A stretch of DNA of 53,055 bases from the NCBI RefSeq assembly GCF_001194135.2, contig NC_068985.1:2060989-2114043 (forward strand), read 5' to 3'. This document shows positions 32,803-45,937 of this stretch, piece by piece. Position 1 is the first letter of the stretch. Each line of letters opens with the position of its first letter. The position numbers were made by a program, and so were the translations under genes. This DNA comes from Octopus bimaculoides. Taxonomy: Eukaryota. Below the pieces are notes generated by a model. The model did not search any database and was not told where the DNA came from. It saw nothing but the letters and a program-made list of their open reading frames with translations.

Positions 32803-35768
32803 TTTGAAGGCAGTTCTGTAGCAATTTCTGAGAGAGGGTCTTCTTTTTTTAGGCTCATTAATGGGATTTTTTTCTTTCTTTTCTGGAATAGTGTTTATTT
32901 GCGTTTGAGCATTGTAGTTTGAGGGTCTTTGTGGGTGGAAACAGGTGAAAGATTTGAATTGAGCACAGCACAATACACAATTAGATTGTTAATTTTACAG
33001 CTAGAGATTCTTGAAATGGTTATTCATCTATGAAGCAGTCTGCTTCACTTGAGCTTAACTTCAATGCTTTTGGTGATTTTGGCAGCAACTGGTGATTATC
33101 AGCAAATAATAAATAATCTCATAATACGAGGAGAAGGGAGAGGATAGAGGAGTGAAACGGGGGGGGGTGAGGGGGGAGTATAGTCGATTTCATTTATGAT
33201 GAGATGTGGGTCAAGCTTTAGGAAATATATCTGTTATATCAAATGCTGAAACAGATGATAATTAATCTGGCTTACTCACCAATATAATGATATCTATTGG
33301 TGAGAGGTTAAAATATACACTGAGAATAATTTCAATATTCATTTGGATGCAGTTCTAATTAATTAATTCATTTGAATCTATCGTGATAATATTGTCTGTG
33401 TTTGGCACATCAGGTCATATTAATATTCTTATCGAGTGCAAATAGAATTCAAATTTACATCATCGTCGGTCTTGCAGTTGTTGTAATTATTGTCTTCTGC
33501 TTTTATTATACTTGTTGTTATTGACAGGACGATGGCGGTGGTTGCAGTGGCAATAATATTGCTTATTAATGCTTATGGTGGTGGTGGTGGTGGCGTGGTT
33601 CTTGTTGGTGTGAATAAATGATGTAGATTCTTTGTTGTTGATTTATAATGGGTGCCAGGGATGGCTTCACTTTCCATTCTTCAGAGAATCACGAAAATAA
33701 GTACCAGTGATTGACTGAGGTTGACTCAATCAACTCCATGCTTCCCTAACAAATATTTAGCCTTTACTTCTGGAAGAAATCAATACCGGTTGCGGTTGTT
33801 GATATTATTAAAGCTGTTGTTGTTGTTGTTGTTGTTATGAGTAACGATATATCGATATATTTGTTATTACCTCTATTGTCAACAATTTCTATCCCGTTCT
33901 TGTTGTTGTTGATGCTGCTAGCATTATTACTAATATTGCCATTAGTATTGTTGGCAATCCTTGGTTGTCTTAGTAATATTGTTGTCCAAGTCATCAACAT
34001 CCATATCATTATCATTGTAGCGGTTGTTGCTGTTGTCATCAAAAGAATACATTGAAGGTCTCCCCAACCCTACCCCCCACCACACACACACACACACACA
34101 CACACACACCAATCCTTCCATCATCCAAAGGAGAGTCCATTTGTGAGTATTATAGCCATTAAGACACTCACTACTTATATTGACAAAACAGTAATGGAAT
34201 ATTCAGCGTGCAAATAAATTTCCATATGAATCCCTGGAGTAAAATTATCACCAGTTTTAAACTAATACCAAAACAAAATTAGTCTTTATTACTGAATTAT
34301 TAGTCTACTAATAGTGACTAAAGAAAATTATTCAGTTCAGTCACTCTTTCACAGTGTTTTACTTAATTGTATTCACAATGTGTGCATAATGATGATGATA
34401 ATGATAACAATGATGGTGATGTTGTTGATAATGACGTTTTTTTTTTTATTTGCCATTGGATCATATGAACAATAAAAGTGAATCAAATAAAAAAAATAAC
34501 ACCATAACACCAAATAAGTGCTCGAAAAGATTTCTATGATTGTAATAGCTGTCTGTTTGCCTGTCTGCCTCTATCTTCATGATTGTCTTCATCAATAAAA
34601 GTTTTTGAGGAAGACCATGTGATTTACTAGAAATCACCACCAAATAACCCCATAGAACCATAAATAATGCAGGGCAATGCCTGATACGTCAAAGGTAGGA
34701 TGGTCACAACAAGGTTGTTTTATTTGCAATATGACTGCCATGAACTTAAACTGTAACTAAATAACAGCATCCTGTTTCCACATGGGTTGGTTGGGTCTGT
34801 TGTCCAAAACATCTCTTTTCATTAAGACAACATCTAGTAATCAGACATCGTCTTCCTAATCAAAATTGTTTTTTTCCCCTTCTTTGGCTGCCTTTCATTA
34901 CTGTCTTACCCAGTTTTCTAATGTCCATGTACATTACAAATCTGTTTCTTACATTTATTTACCCTGCATGGTTCTTAGCTCTATACTTTTCTCACACCTC
35001 CATAAGATCATGTACTCATCACATTCTTGTGGATCCATGTTACACTGATATGCAGCATTTCACTTCTTACTCATGCTTCATCTAGCCTGCCTTTCACTTC
35101 AAGAGAGAAACTAAGAGAAGCAACAGCTCCTTTATGTTCTACTCCTTCCTTACTCTTGCTACAATACTCTCCCTACAACTATAACTTGCATTCTAAATTG
35201 AAGAATTCGCCACATTATATAAGCATAGTATCAACAAGCAAATAAGAGAACTCCCATGTATTCCCCTCACCAGCTACTAATAGCAACTAAACCTCCCTCA
35301 AATCACACCTTCCCATCTTAATGGTTGTTTGAAAACATAATAGTACGACCAAATGAATCCCTGTAACATGTTTAGACATGCATGAAAGTTATATATTCTA
35401 GAATGATGCTGTTTAACTTGTATCAAAATTGCTGTATCCTACATATCACAGCATTTTATAGAGCTGGGGTAAGGAATCCTTTTCGTGTTGTAGATGAAGT
35501 GCAAGTGCAAAAGCACTTGTGGCCTGTTTGAGCTGAGTAAAATAAGGAATCTTTTATTCAATAGTCATAGGATACTTAACTTAAGTTACAATTTCATTCT
35601 TACAACTTAAATTATGCTTTTCGCCTACAGGTGAATAAGTTCTTCACTGCTGATAAGAGAGTTAATGCTGTTCTAGTCTGATTATGTTTTAATAATTGAT
35701 AATGATAGGTGTCTCTATATGCCCCAGACAGGATACAAGTTTGTTTCACGATAAAATAACGGATACAC

Positions 35769-35932
35769 GTTCATTACAAGTAAATTAACTCATGTGTATA
35801 GAGATTAGTGGTTATATATCTGCTATATAGTTGTTAGCTGTTCATTAGAACTAAATTAACTCACGCATATACAGACTAGTGAATATATACCTGTTCATTA
35901 AAGCTAGATTAACTCAAGCACATACAGTCTGG
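35769..35932 (+). repeat. ~53-bp tandem repeat, ~2.7 copies
   Basis: gttcatta..(a)attaactca..(g)catatacag units start at 35769, 35840 and 35893. Confidence 0.8.
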
Positions 35933-36016
35933 CAGTTTTTAACTTATAAACTGTAACTTACACACTTGTGCAATTCTCAACTACACTTTTTTTTGTCTTT
36001 TGGTAATCAATCACAG

Positions 36017-36118
36017 GAGGAATTGTAGCAGCCTTGATCTCTTTTAAAGTCTTTGATAATGGCAGAAGGAACAGAAGAAGTTCTTCTCTTACCAGAGACA
36101 CAAGCTGAAAACTAACAG
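36017..36118 (+). other. Candidate exon (102 nt), possibly stop-containing or non-coding
   Basis: Acceptor ttttttttgtcttttggtaatcaatcacag and donor CAG|GTGAGC; best frame GGIVAALISFKVFDNGRRNRRSSSLTRDTS*. Confidence 0.3.
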
Positions 36119-37224
36119 GTGAGCAGACTCTACTGCCGTGGTTCCCTGTGGACCGATGTTAAATCAGGTGATGAATTAAGCTAATCAACCCAAAACAGGA
36201 ACTGACCCCTTGATGGACTTCAATATAGTTTCCATCTCCTAAATTACATTCACAAAGCTTTCAATGACCCAAAGCTACGATAAAGACACTTACCCAAGAT
36301 TCCACTTTCAGGGATTGAACCTGAAATCTCACATTTTCCAAGCAAACTTCTTAACTGTACAACCGTGCCCACACTCGTAGACTATACACCAGAATAATTT
36401 GATTCTTTGCTTATTAACATCAAACACCTGACTTTCATCATGTTTATTGATCTATAGGGACATTGGCAGCGAGCACAATGACAGTCGTTTTCCTAAATGT
36501 TAACACCATCTTCCTCTACAGAATCGGGTGTAAAGGAAGATCACTGAAGACAGACTTCTAAGAGTTATTAGTTACTAGGGTATACAGAGAAGTCATTGAA
36601 AGAAAAGACTCCTATTGATTCAGTGACTCATAAATGCATTAGGCTCTTAACCTAGTGTTTGCACCCATTATGCAGCATTTCAGAGATTAACATCACATCC
36701 TGCTCCATTGTCAGAATACATAATAAACCTGGATTAAAAAGAAAAACATGTAAAAAGGCGAGAGAAAGAAATGAAAAAGAAAAACAAATTAAAACCAGTT
36801 GCGAGCAAATGAAATGAAAATTAATATCTTACAAGAATTACACTGAATATTGATGTCTTTCTCGGAATATTGATGTCAGAATAGTTATGAATGTAGCTTC
36901 AATTATCAAATTAATATACTGACTGTATTATAAGATATATTGATATATTTACAGCATTAATCTTAGCAGAAGTGCATCTGAGAATTAAGTGTTACACACT
37001 GATACTTTAAGAATAATAGCATTTTGGTGCAGTTTACCTTCAAGGTTGATGTTCTGTACATTTTCCCGTGTTTATTGTTGTTGGAAAAAGCTGTTTTATT
37101 AAGTAGTAATATTGAGCTTGGCCAGGATGACAAATTTGCATACATGTTGTATTAATCAGGTATTTTGTTATGTAAATGGCAACAAATGATTCATACAAGT
37201 GAGGCAGAAAGATGTATATTGATA

Positions 37225-37272
37225 GATTTATAACATATATATATATGCATATACATTTATATATGCATATAC

Positions 37273-37309
<37 letters not shown>

Positions 37310-37597
37310 CACACACTCACAGCTATACATATGTATATACATACATCATATACATATATGTATATATGCATGTTTGTAGACACAAGTAATAAAATATATG
37401 TGTATAACAAAAGATGTATGAATAGCTATGCATATATACTTAAATATGTGTGTTTGAAAAATTCATATGCACCTATTTTACAAATACAAACATATATAAA
37501 CAGAAATATTTATATGTTTTATAGATATCATATATACACTATATATATCTGTATATATATATGTATATATATGTATATATGTATAAATGTATATACT

Positions 37598-37645
<48 letters not shown>

Positions 37646-38080
37646 ATTATTACATATACTAATGTGCATATAAGCATGCACACTGATGCATACGCACACA
37701 TATATTAAGATTAATATGATATGGACATGGACTTGGAAAGCAGCAGATGAATAATTAAATTGGGTTCTTGAAAAATCAATAAAAATTATTGCAAAGTGAT
37801 AACAGGGTTTCCAAAATACACACACATCAAGTTTGTACATATATACCATAAATATACATATATACACACACACGCATATATATAGATACATACATACATG
37901 CATGCATACATACATACATACATACATGTGTGTGTATATATGCATACATACAAAGAGGGTGAGAGAGAGTGACAGACAGACAGAGATGGATAGATAGATT
38001 GGTAGATATAAATATACACACGCATACATGTGTGTGTGTGGGTGTGTAGATAGATAAATAGATAATAAGTAATGTGTATA
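37225..38080. repeat. Extended degenerate TA/CA/TG microsatellite region
   Basis: Direct inspection. Confidence 0.85.
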
Positions 38081-38306
38081 TATGTAATATTAACACAGTG
38101 ACTAACAGGGTCATTGCTCAAACGTTTAAAGCGCCAATGCACATTGGTTTCCAGGCAGATTAAAAGAAACAAAGGAATTACCAGAGAAGCATAAAAATAA
38201 ATGAAAACTCACAAAATACTCTGTGTTACTCCTCAACTATACTAAGAACAGGCACTCAAAAAGAATAGGCACACAAAAAGAATAGTCACACTTTCACACG
38301 CACAGA

Positions 38307-38982
38307 CAAGCAATGATTTTACCAAATCGTTACCGGCGACGAAAAATGGTGCCTGTACATCAATATGAAACAGCGTAAGGAATGGCTTAGCCACGGTAAA
38401 CAAGTGACACCGTGCGTGAAACAAGACCTTCATCCGTGTAAAACGATGTTGTGCATATGGTGGGACTGGGAAGGGATTATCCATTATGAATTGCTTGAAC
38501 GGAACCAAACGGTCAACGCTGAACTGTATGTTCAACAGATGGAACGATTCAACACGGCTATTCAAGAGAAAAGACCTAATTGTCAGCATGGAGTTCTTCT
38601 GCTGCACAACAACATCTGCACTCATATCGCCAATATGACCAAGGAAGCCATCCAAACGCATGGCTGGGAAGTGCTGTCACACCCGCTGTACTCTCCTGAT
38701 TTGGCACCAACAGATTTCCACTTCTTTCAATCTCTTTCAAATGCTATGCGTGGAGTTTTGTTCAATACTGATGCAAAATTGAGAGCTTGGTTGGATCAAT
38801 TTTTCGAGTCGTAATCGGGTGATTTCTACCAACAAGGTACTGAAAATCTTGTTGAACGTTGGGAAGAAGTTGTAAACAACAAGGGTGAATACATTATTGA
38901 TTAATTAGTTGTTATTTTTTATTAAACCTTTTAAAAAATTTAAATTTACAAAAACAGCAGGAACTTAGTTGCCAACCTAATA
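38307..38982 (+). pseudogene. Mariner transposase, 3' half with right TIR
   Basis: IVTGDEKWCLY, MLCIWWDWEGIIHYELLERNQTVNAELYVQQM, LLHNN (for HDN), HPLYSPDLAPTDFHFF, stop, then ..ENLVERWEEVVNNKGEYIID*; TIR aacttagttgccaacctaa-TA at 38962-38982. Confidence 0.93.
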
Positions 38983-39265
38983 TTTCAAGACCCACTTGAT
39001 GGATTCAGATGAAACTTTCAGGGATATTTGGCCTTGTGATCGGTATGAACTGATTAGATTTTGGGATCGATCTGGTACCGGATAAGGAGTCTGGGTTACC
39101 TTTTCCATTTTTTAAATTTAATTTTTGAGAGCAGTCGGGTTCATTTTTAGTATTCTCGTTTGTGAGAACAGTCGAGTTTATTTCAGATATTCTCATTTTA
39201 AAAATCATCTCTGGTTGAGAGGACATTGGTGTTGCCTTGGCAGAGGTTTGCACTCTCTGAGTGCT

Positions 39266-39365
39266 CTTGTTGTTGTTGTTGTTGTTAGTAGTAGTAGTAG
39301 TAGTAGCAGCAGCAGCAGCAGTAGTAGTAGTAGCAGTAGTAGTACTAGTAGTAGTAGTAGTAGTA
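39266..39365. repeat. Compound (GTT)/(AGT)/(AGC) microsatellite
   Basis: Direct inspection. Confidence 0.9.
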
Positions 39366-39600
39366 TATAAGATAGCAAGCTGGTAGACTCATTTAGCATG
39401 CCAGACAAAATGTTCATCTGCATTTCATCCATCTTTATGTTCTGTGTTCAAATTCCACTGAGGTTAAATTTGCTTTTCTCCCTTTTGGAATCAATAAAAC
39501 AAAAATACCAGTTGTGCATTGGGGTCAATCTAACTGACTACCCCCAAAATCTCAAGCATGGGGGGGGGCTATAGTAGAAAATGTTATTATTATTATTATT
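39366..39600 (+). mobile_element. SINE family A
   Basis: aagctggtagactc...ttctgtgttcaaattccactgaggtt...ctatagtagaaaatgttattatt. Confidence 0.8.
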
Positions 39601-39603
39601 TTA

Positions 39604-40254
39604 TGTTTGACTTTTGTTTTGCATTTGTACAAGTTGGATCCAAGTCTCACCCAGAGACCTCAAGAGACAACAAGTTAGAAGTTCATGTAGGTGTTATGCC
39701 TAGGGTACCATATATTTGGATTTGTACAGTTTTGTTCAAGTGAATGTTTAAGAAACCATAAGAAAATTATGTGTTTGCTTTAAAATTTGAGATCACATAG
39801 ACAGTATTTTACGTAGGATATGGGCAGTTCCCATGAACACTATCTTTTGAACTTCAGCCATTTTGGGGTTTCCTGGTATCTGAGCTAGATAGTAATCAGC
39901 CCGTTTAGCTGTCATTCTCAGGGCACCTNNNNNNNNNNNNNNNNNNNNNNNNNNNNNNNNNNNNNNNNNNNNNNNNNNNNNNNNNNNNNNNNNNNNNNNN
40001 NNNNNNNNNNNNNNNNNNNNNNNNNNNNNNNNNNNNNNNNNNNNNNNNNNNNNNNNNNNNNNNNNNNNNNNNNNNNNNNNNNNNNNNNNNNNNNNNNNNN
40101 NNNNNNNNNNNNNNNNNNNNNNNNNNNNNNNNNNNNNNNNNNNNNNNNTCAAGTACTGGGGGTGTTCCCACCAGTTTTTATCATGGGGCAAGTCCAGGTT
40201 TTTGCATATTACCCAGTGAATATATTGTGCAGCTCTATCATGCCTGTTGAGATA
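39604..40254 (-). pseudogene. R4/Dong family B 3' portion (gap inside), flanked by (ATT)n on both sides
   Basis: IHWVICKNLDLPHDKNWWEHP [gap] GALRMTAKRADYYLAQIPGNPKMAEVQKIVFMGTAHILRKILSM*, then a complete 3' UTR. Confidence 0.92.
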
Positions 40255-40255
40255 C

Positions 40256-40303
<48 letters not shown>

Positions 40304-40304
40304 C

Positions 40305-40719
40305 AGTGGCTGTGTGGTAAGTGTAGGCGCAGGTAGCTTGCTTACCAGCCACATGGTTCTGGGTTCAGTCACACTGCGTGGCACCTTGGGTAAGTGTCTT
40401 CTACTATAGCCTTGGGTCAACCAAAGCCTAGTGAGTGGATTTGGTAGACGGAAACTGAAAGAAGCCCGTCGTATATATGTATATATATATATATATGTGT
40501 GTATGTTTGTGTGTCTGTGTTTGTCCCCACCCCAACATCTCTTGACAACCAGTGCTGGTGTGTTTACGTCTCCTTAACTTAGTGGTTCAGCAGAAGCGAC
40601 CGATAGAATAAGTACTAGGCTTACAAAGAATAAAATCTGGGGTCGATTTGCTCGACTAAAGGCGGTGCTCCAGCATGGCCACAGTCAAATGACTGAAACA
40701 AGTAAAAGAGTAAAAGAGT
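40305..40719 (+). mobile_element. SINE family B, full length with locally scrambled head
   Basis: tRNA-like head (gtggctgtgtggtaag...gggttcagtc), body gcaccttgggtaagtgtcttctactatagcc, internal TA/TG repeat, tail ...gactgaaacaagtaaaagagta. Confidence 0.85.
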
Positions 40720-40733
40720 ATTATCAGCAGCAG

Positions 40734-40806
<73 letters not shown>

Positions 40807-42224
40807 TGTCAGCTCTGATCCCATTGACCAATGATTAAAAGCATCCCAAGCTTGGCCATGTCTTTAGTTTTGACACAAGTCTATCTTGGACATTCTCTGC
40901 TCTGATCCTTTTATAAAAAAAAAAGACAGTTGTGAGTGACTTCAATGAGATTTAGTTGACTGTCTATTTCTAGCAGATGATGTGATCTACTGCTGATGGT
41001 AACAGAGACAGTCATAGCAATGATGATGATGATGATGATGTTTTTTTTGTACCTAAAGCCTGAAGCATAAACCAATCGCATAACAGAGATATTCTGTAAT
41101 ATTCTTCGCCCTACAGACACAATACAAAACACAATTGACCAAAACAACAACACAAAAAATATGGAACAATGTATTTATGAAAAGTTTTCATTTCAGAATT
41201 CACCATTGCTCATGGCTACGGTTTCATAAAGAGAGAGAAAGACATATGNNNNNNNNNNNNNNNNNNNNNNNNNNNNNNNNNNNNNNNNNNNNNNNNNNNN
41301 NNNNNNNNNNNNNNNNNNNNNNNNNNNNNNNNNNNNNNNNNNNNNNNNNNNNNNNNNNNNNNNNNNNNNNNNNNNNNNNNNNNNNNNNNNNNTTTTAAGG
41401 AAAACTTAACCAGAAAATATGCCTGGAATAAAAAATAAGAAACAAAGAAAAAGGATGCAAATGCAGATAGAAGAAAAGGGAGAAGAGAAAGAAAGAACGG
41501 AAGAAAGAAAGTGAGAAAAGAAAGAAAGAAAGAAAATTCTAAGTAAAACTTATGAACTGAAAATGAAATTGTGTTTCTGTTGACGATGCATTTTAAAATT
41601 AATGTGAATGACAAGTGTTCATGGAAAACATATTGCACAGCAGATAATAAAAGTGGTTGCATGAAGATGGAAGCGAAAAACCAACCACAATAAATAAACG
41701 AATGAATAAAAAATTCTGAAAAAAAGAAAGTCAAGGGAATTTATTCAAATGAATAAATTAAAAACGATCTGTTTTCCGTCAACGTCACAGTTCATTGGGG
41801 CTTTATTGAATTTTAAAACCCAAGCTGCTGATTATGTTCATTCTGGGTTTAATTTGGAAATATAAAGGACAGTTCCATTACGTTATTTGGACTTTTGCCT
41901 CGCTGCTTTTTATTCTTTTTTTAAAAAAACTTATGGTTAGATAGTAAATTTTAATTGGTTACATCTACTTTTTTTTCATTTTCCTATCTTAATTTGGGAT
42001 GTTGTAATACAATTTTAATTCAATTATTGCAACTTTAAATGCTTTATTACAATTTGAAAACATGTTTTTAATCACTAGCTTATTATTTTGAAATTTACAT
42101 CATAAATTACTCTTCTTTGTGACTCAGCTCTAAAATCATAATACAAACATCATTTAAATATGATGGACACTTCATAGCAATTCACAATCTATCTATCCAT
42201 CTATCTATCTATCTAATCTATCTA

Positions 42225-42261
<37 letters not shown>

Positions 42262-42678
42262 NNNNNNNNNNNNNNNNNNNNNNNNNNNNNNNNNNNNNNN
42301 NNNNNNNNNNNNNNNNNNNNNNNNNNNNNNNNNNNNNNNNNNNNNNNNNNNNNNNNNNNNNNNNNNNNNNNNNNNNNNNNNNNNNNNNNNNNNNNNNNNN
42401 NNNNNNNNNNNNNNNNNNNNNNNNNNNNNNNNNNNNNNNNNNNNNNNNNNNNNNNNNNNNNNNNNNNNNNNNNNNNNNNNNNNNNNNNNNNNNNNNNNNN
42501 NNNNNNNNNNNNNNNNNNNNNNNNNNNNNNNNNNNNNNNNNNNNNNNNNNNNNNNNNNNNNNNNNNNNNNNNNNNNNNNNNNNNNNNNNNNNNNNNNNNN
42601 NNNNNNNNNNNNNNNNNNNNNNNNNNNNNNNNNNNNNNNNNNNNNNNNNNNNNNNNNNNNNNNNNNNNNNNNNNNNNN

Positions 42679-42735
<57 letters not shown>

Positions 42736-42759
42736 TATATATACATACATACATACATA

Positions 42760-42961
42760 TGGCCCAGTGGTTAGGGCAGTGGACTCACGGTCATAGGATT
42801 GCAGTTTCGATTCCCAGCCCGGGCGTTGTCAGTGTTTACTGAGCGAAACCACCTAAAGCTCCACGAAGCTCTGGCTGGAGGTGGTGGCAAACCCTGCTGT
42901 ACTCTTTCACTACAACTTTCTCTCACTCTTTCTTCCTGTTTCTGTTGTACCTGTATTTTGA
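42760..42961 (+). mobile_element. tRNA-headed SINE (family C-like head)
   Basis: tggcccagtggttagggcagtggactc...gcagtttcgattcccagcccggg (A/B boxes). Confidence 0.7.
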
Positions 42962-43530
42962 AGCCGTGTAGCATGGCTGTTCCCCATACAGTCTGCCTTT
43001 CATTCTGAGGGAGAAGCCCTTTGTCACCAACAGAAGAAGATGCTCTCTGGACTTTGCCCAGCCTACTCTTATTGTAGCATCTATGCTCTCAGAGCATCTT
43101 CCTCCGCTGCTGACTTGGTCACCTTGGTAAAGAAAGCTATCAATTACTTCACAGTATTACCCCTGGCATCTGATGGAGTCTGTTACCTGTATACCTGTTA
43201 ACCTTCCTCTGATATTGTTACACCTCTTATGTGTCCATAGCTTGCACCAGTACACCTTATGGAGATTCTACCTTTTCTGCATATTGAGCAGGGCCTTTAC
43301 CAGAAGGGATTCATGATTTGTCAGCTTTCCTACTAAGACTTTGGGTTTTGGTAAATTAACTCTAAGGCTTTTTGATTCTAGATCTTGCTTCCTCACCTGA
43401 AATTGTTCTCCAGTTCTGATAGTGATTCAGCACAGAGGAGCTTCCAGGGGCAGCCAGTCTTAAATTCCTGTTATTGCTTGGAGGACTATGATAAACAAGA
43501 AGAGACTGAGGACTGACTCATGGCGGATTC
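42962..43530 (-). pseudogene. RTE/RTEX-like LINE RT fragment with Cys-rich insertion
   Basis: Minus strand gives SVLSLLFIIVLQAI..FKTGCPWKLL, LES..LRVNL, GPCSICRK..RCTG.KLWTHKRC, EVIDSFLY.GD..S.GG.CSESI..RVGWAK and FSLRMKGRLY. Confidence 0.8.
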
Positions 43531-43549
43531 CTACTAGTGTATATATATT

Positions 43550-43785
43550 ATTTACTTGTTTCAGTCATTAAACTGTGGCCATGCTGGGGCACTACATTGA
43601 AAGGTTTTAGTTGAACAAATCAACCCCAGAACTTTTTTTTTATCTCTGATATTTATTCTGTTGGTCACTTTTGCCTCACAAGACTTTGGTTGGCCCAGGA
43701 CTATAATAGAAGACACTCACCCAGGGTGCCACACAGTGGGGCTGAACCTAAGGACCATGTGGTTGGGAAGCAAACTTCTTATATA
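43550..43785 (-). mobile_element. SINE family B, internally deleted
   Basis: Tail tacttgtttcagtcatt...ggccatgctgggg and head ...ccatgtggttgggaagcaaacttctta. Confidence 0.7.
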
Positions 43786-43806
43786 TACAGAAAGAAAGAG
43801 AGAGAA

Positions 43807-43848
<42 letters not shown>

Positions 43849-44689
43849 AGAGAGATTAGAGTTTGACTTCCCAATTGTAACTTCTCTCCTCCATCAAATC
43901 ACTACTTTAACATTTCAGTTTCACTTAAATTACAAACATTTTTTTTTACTTCTCTTTCTTTAGTTTTACATTCATTTTTAAATAAAGTTTACAATTTGTG
44001 ATAATTTTTGCAAATATGAATTAAGTCATCTTTACAATTAAATATCCTTCCTACAAGTTGCCCACTGTTGGCTGCCAAGCAAACACAGTAATATCCCTTG
44101 TTCAAATCTACAAAATGGTTGCTGCATGAAGTTTTGAGCTTCTGACCAAGTGAATATTTGTCTGGTAAATCTCCCTACCAGTCATCGGGCCTAATCGACA
44201 TCGTTATTACATTATAATTACAATATAAATATTATCCCTTGTTTTCATTACCACACAAATACATTTATCTATGTTATCATTTTGTTACGATGACAGCATA
44301 ATTTTGTGAGTCATACCATAATTACGACAGGTACAATTTAATTTCAAATTGCATTTTATAATTTCAGCATTATTATAAATCTTAGCATCTAGAATATTCC
44401 ATGGCATGTTAAAAATATAATTTCTGCTGAAAATAAACTGGTTTGCCATCAGATATGAATATTAAAGCAGGAATAGAAGAAGGTCGGTTAAACACTCCAC
44501 AAAATCAAATAACTTTGTTTTCTTTGGAATTTATCATCATCATCATTATTATTATTATTATTATTATGTTGTTGTTGTTGTGATTGTTGTTGCTTTGTGA
44601 ATTATAATTTTTCTCTTCTAAACAAAAGTAGAATTGGGATGAGTAAATCTGGTATAATCTCTCTCTATCTCGTTATATTTTAATTCTTC

Positions 44690-44940
44690 ATTTTCCTAGT
44701 CATCGCTGTTATCCACATTGACAGCATCATTGATACTGATGTCATCATCATCATCATCATCGTTCTTATCATAAATGTCATCCTCAATGTTATCAACATC
44801 CTTATTGTCATCTTCATCCTCCCCATCCTCTTCATCATCATCATCATCATCGTCGTCGTCATCATCGTTATTGTTACCATTCTTCATTATTCTCATCATC
44901 ACCATGGATGTCAGTCCCATTGTTGTTATCATCCTCACTG
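44690..44940. repeat. Degenerate (CAT)n tract
   Basis: Direct inspection; source of the Asp-rich and Met-rich ORF artefacts. Confidence 0.85.
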
Positions 44941-45689
44941 TTTAATTAAGGAAATGATGAAACCAAAACGATGCACTGGAATTTTTCTTAATTTTCGATT
45001 TGTATAAATCTATATGCCATGAGTTTTTGTCGTTAAGTTTTCTGGGTGTGAAGTAATCAGTATTCTGTGTATACATTTATTAAATAACTTGTAAATTGCA
45101 GCTAAAGTTTAAAGTCAGACACCAAGTCCGCAGCGTTAGGAATATGGAAAGATGGGAAGTGAAATCTAATGCTGTTAGTATTAGAATTGTTGCATTATTT
45201 TACTCTCTTTCTCACCCTAACATCTATTAATTTCTCTCTCAGATTTCTTTTAACCGTACTTTGGCATAGTGCTTGGACATTTCATTCTGATGCCAGAATA
45301 TGATGAAGAGATTGCAAATGCAAAGTGTCAGAGATCTCTGAGGACCAACTGTTTATGGAGATCAAACATGGAATATTTTTGGTGACTAACTTTCAAAAAA
45401 AAGCTTTGATAAACAAACGGCCATAATTTTTGATGACTGCCAAACTTCCATTTATTATCTGCAGCTTAGATAATACATTGAATTGTATAAGAGGAAAGCA
45501 AAGTGAAGGAGACGGACCTGAAAGATATGGGACTGAACGATAGTAAACCTAACACAGCATTTGATTTAATGCAAGGAGCCAGTCCTTTGATACCTCTAGT
45601 GGAGATCATTTTGTTGCAAGTATTCAGAGCACAGCATTTTCCCTTCTCCCTAACCTCATTACTCTCGAAAATATTGACCAGTGAATATT

Positions 45690-45911
45690 GGCTTTAAAGT
45701 TTGGCACAAGACCAGCAATTTCAAGAGAGGTGCTAAGTCAATTACATCAACCACAGAACTCAACTTGTACTTACTTTATTGACCCCAAAAGGAAGAAAGG
45801 TTATGTTGACCTCTGTGAAATTTGAGCTCAGAGCATAAAGACATGAAGACAGACAAAATGCTACAAAGCATTTTGCCTGGTGAGCGAATGAGTCTGCCAG
45901 CTCACACCTTA
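45690..45911 (-). mobile_element. SINE family A
   Basis: Reverse complement aaggtgtgagctggcagactc...ctctgagctcaaatttcacagaggtcaac...gtcaataaagtaagtac. Confidence 0.8.
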
Positions 45912-45937
45912 ATAGTAATAATAATAATAATAATAAG

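Noticed and set aside
36521-36580. Coding exon after the strong acceptor catcttcctctacag
   Set aside because: All three frames hit a stop within 13 codons.
42760-42830. tRNA gene
   Set aside because: A and B boxes are present but no complete cloverleaf or acceptor stem, and it continues into a SINE body; the same holds for the heads at 21712, 40305 and 50397.
45465-45697. ORF 45503..45697 and an overlapping frame as a host exon
   Set aside because: The splice signals do not bracket a single open frame convincingly and there is no recognisable motif.
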